Positions 18,177 through 24,578 of a stretch of DNA of 24,578 nt are shown piece by piece (the first letter of the stretch is position 1; every line of letters begins with the position of its first letter). The notes under the pieces are model-generated. The model made no database searches. It was not told the origin of the DNA and worked only from the letters and a program-made list of their open reading frames with translations. The DNA comes from a bacterium (GTDB lineage: Bacteria; Fidelibacterota; Marinisomatia; Marinisomatales; UBA1611). The stretch lies in NCBI GenBank assembly GCA_038127595.1, contig JAYPIC010000023.1:1-24578 (forward strand), in the 5' to 3' direction. Both the position numbers and the translations under genes were made by a program.

Positions 18177-18192
18177 TTCTTTAATTTTTTAG

Positions 18193-19032
18193 ATGAATGT
18201 AGCAAAAATTTGTTTTAATGATAAGGATGCTCCTGCTGCGTTTACAAAATCTCTAAAAGAAACTGGTTTTGGAGTCATTACTGACCACCCAATTGACCTT
18301 TCATTAATGGATCGTGTCTACAATGAGTGGAAACAATTTTTCAACTCTGATACAAAATTTGAATATTTATTTGACCCCCTAAAACAAGATGGTTATTTCC
18401 CTTTGGGCACTGAAAATGCAAAAGGTTATAATGCAAAAGATCATAAAGAATTTTTCCATTTCTATCCATGGGGGAAAGTACCTTCAACTGTTTCTAATTC
18501 TACCAGGGTGCTTTATAATAGCTTAGTAGATATAACATCTCTTCTTTTAAAATGGGTGGAGCAAAATACTCCTGCAGACATTCAATCTAAATTCAGTGTA
18601 CCCTTAAACGATATGATTAAGGGCAGCCAAACAAATCTGCTTAGAATTATACATTACCCACCATTTTCAGGTTCAGAGAACAATAAATCTTTAAGAGCAG
18701 CACCTCATGAAGATATAAATTTAATCACATTATTGGTGGCTGGTACTAGGCCCGGTCTTGAAGCTCAGGATAAAAACGGTAATTGGCATAAAATATCTAC
18801 GGATCCAGGCACAATAATTGTAAATGTTGGTGATATGTTGAAAGAAGCATCTGATGGGTATTATCCATCAACAACACATAGAGTAGTTAATCCATCAAAC
18901 AATGTAAAAAATGATAGCCGCTATTCTATGCCCTTATTTTTGCACCCTAGAGATGATGTCCAGCTATCCAAAAATTATACAGCAGGATCTTACCTAAAAG
19001 AACGACTTTTAGAAATCGGACTTAAAAACTAA
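18193..19032 (+). CDS. 2-oxoglutarate/Fe(II)-dependent oxygenase, isopenicillin N synthase-like family; substrate unknown
   Basis: SLKETGFGV, LRIIHYPP, iron ligands HED...H (HEDINLITLL, TTHRV), NVGDML, 2OG-binding RYS. Confidence 0.88.
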   Translation: MNVAKICFNDKDAPAAFTKSLKETGFGVITDHPIDLSLMDRVYNEWKQFFNSDTKFEYLFDPLKQDGYFPLGTENAKGYNAKDHKEFFHFYPWGKVPSTVSNSTRVLYNSLVDITSLLLKWVEQNTPADIQSKFSVPLNDMIKGSQTNLLRIIHYPPFSGSENNKSLRAAPHEDINLITLLVAGTRPGLEAQDKNGNWHKISTDPGTIIVNVGDMLKEASDGYYPSTTHRVVNPSNNVKNDSRYSMPLFLHPRDDVQLSKNYTAGSYLKERLLEIGLKN

Positions 19033-19039
19033 ATGGTTA

Positions 19040-20878
19040 ATGCATAACCCTGCTCTGACAATTGGACTAGCAATGGTGCTAGGCATGCTCGCTCAAGTAG
19101 GTTCGAAACATCTTCACTTACCAGGGATTGTGCTTCTTTTGTTATCTGGTATTTTATTTGGGCCTGATGGTCTTAATTGGATAGATCCTACCTCGATTGG
19201 ACCAGGGTTACACATTCTTGTTGGATTTGCAGTCGCAATTATTCTTTTTGAAGGCGGAATGAATTTAAGAATAAGTAGGATTTTGAGAGAGAGAAGAGCT
19301 ATAAGAGGTTTAATAATCAAAGGCGCATTAGTAACACTCATTGGCGGCACTTTTATTACAATAGTTGTACTTGGTTGGGATTTTAGAACATCAATATTAT
19401 TTGGTACTTTGATAGTTGTTACAGGACCCACTGTGATTACGCCTCTTTTGAAAAGGATCAGAGTCCATCATGGTGTTAGCACCATATTAGAGGCAGAGGG
19501 AATCTTATTAGATGCAATTGGAGCTATTGTTGCTGTAGTAGCTCTAGAGATAGCCATAAGCCCATCTGGATTATCCTTTTTAACCGGACTCTATCATATT
19601 GTTTCTCGATTGGGCGTGGGTGCTATTTTAGGTATCTCAGGAGGGTATCTATTAACGGTGATTTTCCGATTTCGAGATTTAATTCCTGATGGCCTTGAAA
19701 ATGTCTTCATTCTTAGCTGGGTCATTGCGCTTTTTCAAGTTTCTAATACCATTAGCCCTGAAAGTGGCATTGCAGCTGTAACAATTGCCGGCATGACAAT
19801 AGGCAATTCAAAAACATATATACAACAGGACCTTTTAGAATTTAAAGAACAGCTTACAGTACTAATGATAGGAATGCTTTTTATCCTTCTTTCTGCTGAT
19901 GTGAGGCTTCAGCAAATAATTGACCTGGGCATGGCGGGAGTCTTAACAGTATTTATGCTAATTTTTTTAATTAGACCACTATCCGTTTTTATTGGCACAG
20001 AAAACAGCGGCTTAGACTTAAAACAAAAACTTTTACTATCTTGGATAGCGCCAAGAGGAATCGTAGCAGCAGCTGTCGCATCTTTATTTGTATATGAACT
20101 CGAAATGCATGGTTTTGATGGCACACAGCTAAGAGCTTTGGTTTTTCTACTAATTATAATAACTGTTTTACTTGCAGGTCTAACTGGCGGATTTATTGCT
20201 GGAAAACTTGACCTAAGAAGAAAAAGCCAATCAGGGTGGATTATTTTAGGGGCACATGAAATTTCTAGACTGCTTTCAAGACTTTTAAAACGAGCAGGTA
20301 ATGATATAATATGCATTGATGAAGATCCAAATGCATGCCTCAAAGCAGAAAATGAAGGCATTAAAGTCTTTTTTGGAAATGCATTGGATGACAGGACTCT
20401 TCAAAGAGCTGAACCAGATACTAGAAAGGGCATTATTGCCCTGAGTGGTAATGAAGAAGTGAATTATATATTTTCTCAAAGAGCAAAGCACCTAAGTAAA
20501 GAAATGTCCATACTAATTGGCATAAAAGATTCACATGAGGGCATCACTCCAAAAATGATTGTTGATGCCGGGGGGAAAATCCCCTTCGGCCACTCGGCAG
20601 ATATGGATTTTTGGTGTTCACTTGTTAAGCAAAATTTTACACGCCATGAATCTTTCATTTATAAAAGGGATGAAAAATTTGACCTTTCCGATGAAAGCAT
20701 TAAAGGATTTTTATTGCCAATGGTTTTAAAGAAGAAGAAGACATTAGAACCAATTGATAGTTCAATGAATATAAGAAGTGGAAATCAGATAACTTTTTTA
20801 ATAAATAAAAAAAATGAAGATAAAGCGCAGCAGTGGTTAAAAGATAATAAATTTGAAAAAACAGTAAAAACTAAATGA
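19040..20878 (+). CDS. CPA1 (NhaP-type) cation:proton antiporter with C-terminal RCK/TrkA-N-like domain
   Basis: Roughly 12-13 hydrophobic segments; AVAIILFEGG, VTGPTVI, EGILLD, ESG, APRGIVAAAVAS; C-terminal Rossmann-like segment (WIILGA...CID...GNAL). Confidence 0.9.
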   Translation: MHNPALTIGLAMVLGMLAQVGSKHLHLPGIVLLLLSGILFGPDGLNWIDPTSIGPGLHILVGFAVAIILFEGGMNLRISRILRERRAIRGLIIKGALVTLIGGTFITIVVLGWDFRTSILFGTLIVVTGPTVITPLLKRIRVHHGVSTILEAEGILLDAIGAIVAVVALEIAISPSGLSFLTGLYHIVSRLGVGAILGISGGYLLTVIFRFRDLIPDGLENVFILSWVIALFQVSNTISPESGIAAVTIAGMTIGNSKTYIQQDLLEFKEQLTVLMIGMLFILLSADVRLQQIIDLGMAGVLTVFMLIFLIRPLSVFIGTENSGLDLKQKLLLSWIAPRGIVAAAVASLFVYELEMHGFDGTQLRALVFLLIIITVLLAGLTGGFIAGKLDLRRKSQSGWIILGAHEISRLLSRLLKRAGNDIICIDEDPNACLKAENEGIKVFFGNALDDRTLQRAEPDTRKGIIALSGNEEVNYIFSQRAKHLSKEMSILIGIKDSHEGITPKMIVDAGGKIPFGHSADMDFWCSLVKQNFTRHESFIYKRDEKFDLSDESIKGFLLPMVLKKKKTLEPIDSSMNIRSGNQITFLINKKNEDKAQQWLKDNKFEKTVKTK

Positions 20879-20882
20879 AATA

Positions 20883-22898
20883 CTAGTTTGATAAACTTTT
20901 AGAAACTAGTTCTGCAATATCCATTACCTTCATTTTATCATCATTCCCAGTTACTTTCATCCCGTCTTCCATCATTATATTACAAAAATTACAAGAAGTT
21001 GCAACAGTCGTAGCTCCAGTATCAGCAGCTTGTTTAAAACGATTGTGATTTATTCTTTCCCCTGTTTTTATTTCGTACCACATATTACCACCCCCAGCTC
21101 CACAACAAAAACTTTCTTCTCTAGATTTTTCCATTTCTACCAAACTACCATTTTTCATAATGGACTGAATTACATCTCGAGGCGCATCATATTCATCATT
21201 ATGCCTTCCAAGATAGCATGCATCATGATAGGTAACATCCTCATCTAACCATGCCTTTGGACTTATCTTACCCTCACTTACTAATTCTCCAATAAATTGA
21301 GAATGATGTACAACTTCAAGGTCAGCCCCTAATTCGGAATAATCATTTTTAAGCGTGGTAAAACAATGTGGACATTGTGTAACAATTTTTTTGAATTTGT
21401 ATTTGCCAAATGTCTCTAAGTTTTTTTCTGCCATAGTTTGAAATAAATACTCATTCCCTATTCTACGTGCTGAATCGCCTGTACAAGTCTCTTCATTCCC
21501 TAATGAAGCAAAGTCAACTTTTGCTTCATTCAAAACATCAACAACAGCTTGTGAAATCTCTTTCCCTCTGTTATCATAAGCACCTGCACATCCTGCCCAA
21601 TACAACACTTCTGCCTCTTTCTTATCTCGCATCAAAGGTACTTCTTTCCCTTCCATCCATACTTCCCGCTCTTGAGGACTGAGCCCCCAAGGGTTTCCAT
21701 AATTTTCAATTTTATCAAAAGTTTCCATTGCTTCTTGCGGAAATTTACTTTCCATCATAACAAGATCTTGACGAGCTCTCAAAATATCTAACATAGGCTC
21801 ATTTCCTACTGGACAAACCTCAACACAGTATCCACAAGTTGTACAACTCCAAGCAGCTTCATCCGTTAATAAAATATCCGTAATTGCAGCATCTGGAATG
21901 GATCCATTAATAAATTCATCTAGGTGATTATTTAAAAAATATCTTTTATTTATCTCCAATGCTGATGGAGAAAGCTCTTTACCCGTTTCATAAGCAGGGC
22001 AAGCATCTTGACATCGACTGCATTGTATGCATGCATATGCATCTAAAATTTGAGATTGAGGCAAGTGGCCTAACTGACCAGCACCAAATTGATCAATTGA
22101 ATCATCTTCAAAATCTATGGCTTCTAATGCAGCCATAGACGTTCTTTCAGTCTTCGCCATATAGTTCAATGGCCCCATAAATAAATGAGCGTGCTTTGTA
22201 AAAGGGAAATATGGCAAAAACCCCAGGATTAGCCCCAGAGCTATCCACCAAAATATATGCTCTGATATTATTATACTTTCTTGGCTAAAGTCGGACCATA
22301 ATAACGCTATAGTTGTTGCTGCTGGCTGAAAAGCATCTGAACCATTTCTTGCGATTTCAAAGCTTGCAGCAAGAAGTCTGGAGCCAACGTGAAGAAAAAT
22401 AAAAAGACCAACAATCAGAGAATCATTTCTCATTCCTTTTCTTGCTAAATCATTTAGCATTACTGGCTCATTTATTACAAGCCTATTATCTTTAAATATA
22501 AATCTTCTTACTAAAAAATAAACCACCCCTAGAAGGACTAAAACTGTAAAAATATCAACGAAAAGTCTATACACTTTGCCGATAAAGTAGTTTGGGAAAA
22601 AGTGAAACCCTGGGATGAAACCATAAAGTACATCTACAATATTTACAACTAAGTAAAGCGTGAACCCCCATGCAACTAAAGCATGTATAAAACCAATGAC
22701 CGGTCTAGTTTTGAATAATGTCCTTTGACTAATAAATACTTCTATACCTTTGGGGAAATTTAGAAGTACTCTTTTCCAATCTATCTGCTGAGACCCAACA
22801 CTAATAGCTTTGAACATTTTATTGAAAGTAGTATAAGAAAGTCCAATTGCTACAATAGCAAACAAAATAAAAATGATTTTTTCAATATCTGTAAGCAA
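20883..22898 (-). CDS. Membrane-bound Fe-S oxidoreductase (FadF/EtfD/EMO-like: TM domain, two CxxCxxCxxxCP motifs, two CCG domains); probable ETF:quinone oxidoreductase
   Basis: About 5 TMs ending in KHAH; CIQCSRCQDACP and CTTCGYCVEVCP; CCG domains (GC...CTG...CPHC and HDAC...CCG...CNFC). TTG start with AGGT upstream. Adjacent to etfA. Confidence 0.88.
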   Translation of the reverse strand: MLTDIEKIIFILFAIVAIGLSYTTFNKMFKAISVGSQQIDWKRVLLNFPKGIEVFISQRTLFKTRPVIGFIHALVAWGFTLYLVVNIVDVLYGFIPGFHFFPNYFIGKVYRLFVDIFTVLVLLGVVYFLVRRFIFKDNRLVINEPVMLNDLARKGMRNDSLIVGLFIFLHVGSRLLAASFEIARNGSDAFQPAATTIALLWSDFSQESIIISEHIFWWIALGLILGFLPYFPFTKHAHLFMGPLNYMAKTERTSMAALEAIDFEDDSIDQFGAGQLGHLPQSQILDAYACIQCSRCQDACPAYETGKELSPSALEINKRYFLNNHLDEFINGSIPDAAITDILLTDEAAWSCTTCGYCVEVCPVGNEPMLDILRARQDLVMMESKFPQEAMETFDKIENYGNPWGLSPQEREVWMEGKEVPLMRDKKEAEVLYWAGCAGAYDNRGKEISQAVVDVLNEAKVDFASLGNEETCTGDSARRIGNEYLFQTMAEKNLETFGKYKFKKIVTQCPHCFTTLKNDYSELGADLEVVHHSQFIGELVSEGKISPKAWLDEDVTYHDACYLGRHNDEYDAPRDVIQSIMKNGSLVEMEKSREESFCCGAGGGNMWYEIKTGERINHNRFKQAADTGATTVATSCNFCNIMMEDGMKVTGNDDKMKVMDIAELVSKSLSN

Positions 22899-23049
22899 CT
22901 ATGTTAACCTTTTTTCAAAGATTTCATTTATTAAGAATAATTAAATAAAAAATCAATATTTCATACAAAATACTTATCTAAATATATTGTATAAATGTAG
23001 TCTAAAGTAAAAAAGTAGGATTTAAGAAGCTGTAAATTAAAATAGTCTT

Positions 23050-23997
23050 CTATTCTAATTCATTTAGCTTCTCAATAAGCTTTGGAATTAATTCAAGAAC
23101 ATTACAAACAAATGCATAGTCAGAAATATCAAATATAGGTGCATCTCGATCCTTGTTAATCGCTAGTATATTTTTCGAACCTTTCATACCAACAACATGC
23201 TGTATAGCTCCAGATACCCCCAATGAAAAATATAATTTTGGACTTATGGTGCTTCCTGAGCTCCCAACTTGCCTCGCACTAGGAAGCCACCCAGAATCCA
23301 CAACAGGCCTACTTGCTGAAACTTCTGCTCCTAAAAGTTGTGCTAAATCAAAAGCAATGGACTTGTTTTCTTCTTTTTCGATGCCTCTGCCAACAGATAC
23401 AATAAAATCGGCACTCTCTAAATCAACCTCTGATGAAGATTCTTGAAAAGGATCCTCTGCTTTCGATTTAATTGATGATGGCTCAAGAGTGACTTCAAAC
23501 TTTTCTAAAGGATTAGATCCCTCCTTTATATTCTCTTCGCTGAAACTGGCTGATTGAAATGTTAAAATAGCCTTATCTTGGTTCGAAGTTATTGATGCAT
23601 TCAATTTAGAATTCATTACTTGCTTCACATATTTATCATTTTCAACTTCAATTAAATCGGCTATCAGAGGAACGTCAAGAGCAGCGCTAATCTTAGGCAT
23701 AAAATCTCTAGATTGATATGTATGCCCTGCTATGATGAATTTTGGATCGACGGAATCAAAAACTTGCTTAATGATTTCTTTATACCCATCCGCATTATAT
23801 GCTGGAACCAGATCATGATCCACAACTATAGTCTTTTCAATTTCATAGTTTAATAATTTGTTAGCAACTTCCTCATGATCTTTACCAATTACGAGTGCTG
23901 TAATTTGACCACCAATTTTTTGTGCGCCAGCAATAGCTTCAATACTCATGCGATGCATTTTGTTATCTTTGTGCTCAATAATTACTAAACTATTCAC
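23050..23997 (-). CDS. etfA: Electron transfer flavoprotein alpha subunit
   Basis: IVSVGRG, ASRPVVDSGW, RQVG, GVSGAIQHVVGM, AINKDRDAPIF. GTG start. Confidence 0.95.
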   Translation of the reverse strand: MNSLVIIEHKDNKMHRMSIEAIAGAQKIGGQITALVIGKDHEEVANKLLNYEIEKTIVVDHDLVPAYNADGYKEIIKQVFDSVDPKFIIAGHTYQSRDFMPKISAALDVPLIADLIEVENDKYVKQVMNSKLNASITSNQDKAILTFQSASFSEENIKEGSNPLEKFEVTLEPSSIKSKAEDPFQESSSEVDLESADFIVSVGRGIEKEENKSIAFDLAQLLGAEVSASRPVVDSGWLPSARQVGSSGSTISPKLYFSLGVSGAIQHVVGMKGSKNILAINKDRDAPIFDISDYAFVCNVLELIPKLIEKLNELE

Positions 23998-23998
23998 T

Positions 23999-24578
23999 TT
24001 AAAATACTTTTACTTCTGTTTTTAAAATTTCAATAATTCTTTCAACGGTAGAATCAATATCTGTTTCGATAAATTCAGTTTCTTTTGATTTTTTGGGTAC
24101 AAAAATTTCACTTATACTTTGTCTTTTTTCAACTTGAGGTGCTGGAATCACTTTAATTTCTTTTTTCTTTGCACCCATTATTCCTTTAAGCGAAGGATAC
24201 CTAGGCTGATTAATACCAGATTGAATACTTATTGATGCAGGAAACTCTAATTCAACCCATTGAAACCACCCAGATTCTAATTCTCTTTTAACCCTAATTT
24301 TATTTTGATCTATATCGGTTTCAATAGCAAGAGTAGCTGTAGACATATTTAATATTTCGCCCAATAATACGCCTGTCTGTCCCATGCCACTGTCATCGGA
24401 TTGTAAGCCAGATAAAATTAAATCAAAATTTTCATCTCTTAAAGTTTTTGCTAAAGCTTTAGATGTATATAATGGATCAATTTCCTTTAGACTTTTTGTT
24501 TCTATATGAATCCCTCTATCTGCCCCCTTAGATAACCCTTCACGAATGACTTTTTGAACTCTTTGCGGTCCCATACTA
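23999..24578 (-). CDS. etfB: Electron transfer flavoprotein beta subunit (5' end lies beyond the window)
   Basis: SMGP, GADRGI, DLILSGLQSDD, RELESG, NQPRYPSLKGIMGAKKK. The frame is open to the window edge. Confidence 0.93.
   Translation of the reverse strand, partial: SMGPQRVQKVIREGLSKGADRGIHIETKSLKEIDPLYTSKALAKTLRDENFDLILSGLQSDDSGMGQTGVLLGEILNMSTATLAIETDIDQNKIRVKRELESGWFQWVELEFPASISIQSGINQPRYPSLKGIMGAKKKEIKVIPAPQVEKRQSISEIFVPKKSKETEFIETDIDSTVERIIEILKTEVKVF

Overview
AT-rich, tightly packed bacterial chromosomal window of housekeeping and metabolic genes; gene content and style suggest an FCB-group marine organism such as Marinimicrobia (inference only). Order: tRNA-Pro and tRNA-His (-); lptF-like and pdp (+); PBP1A, fumC, korB and korA (-); selD (+); an Rrf2-headed SUF operon (rrf2, sufT-like, sufA/iscA, sufB, sufC, sufD, sufE, sufT, sufS) that continues without a real gap into a half-size DUF2480 gene, a dCMP deaminase, an IPNS-like 2OG-Fe(II) oxygenase and a CPA1 antiporter (+); then a FadF/EtfD-like membrane Fe-S oxidoreductase, etfA and a partial etfB (-). 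The main hidden feature is that the ORF track truncates selD: it starts at ATG 9589 and reads through an in-frame TGA (9640-9642) at the catalytic position (GAG-U-ACK), followed by a SECIS-like hairpin, so it is a selenoprotein placed directly upstream of the SUF operon. A perfect 10-bp inverted repeat overlapping a TATAAT box before rrf2 is a strong candidate operator. No mobile elements, CRISPR arrays or long repeats were seen.
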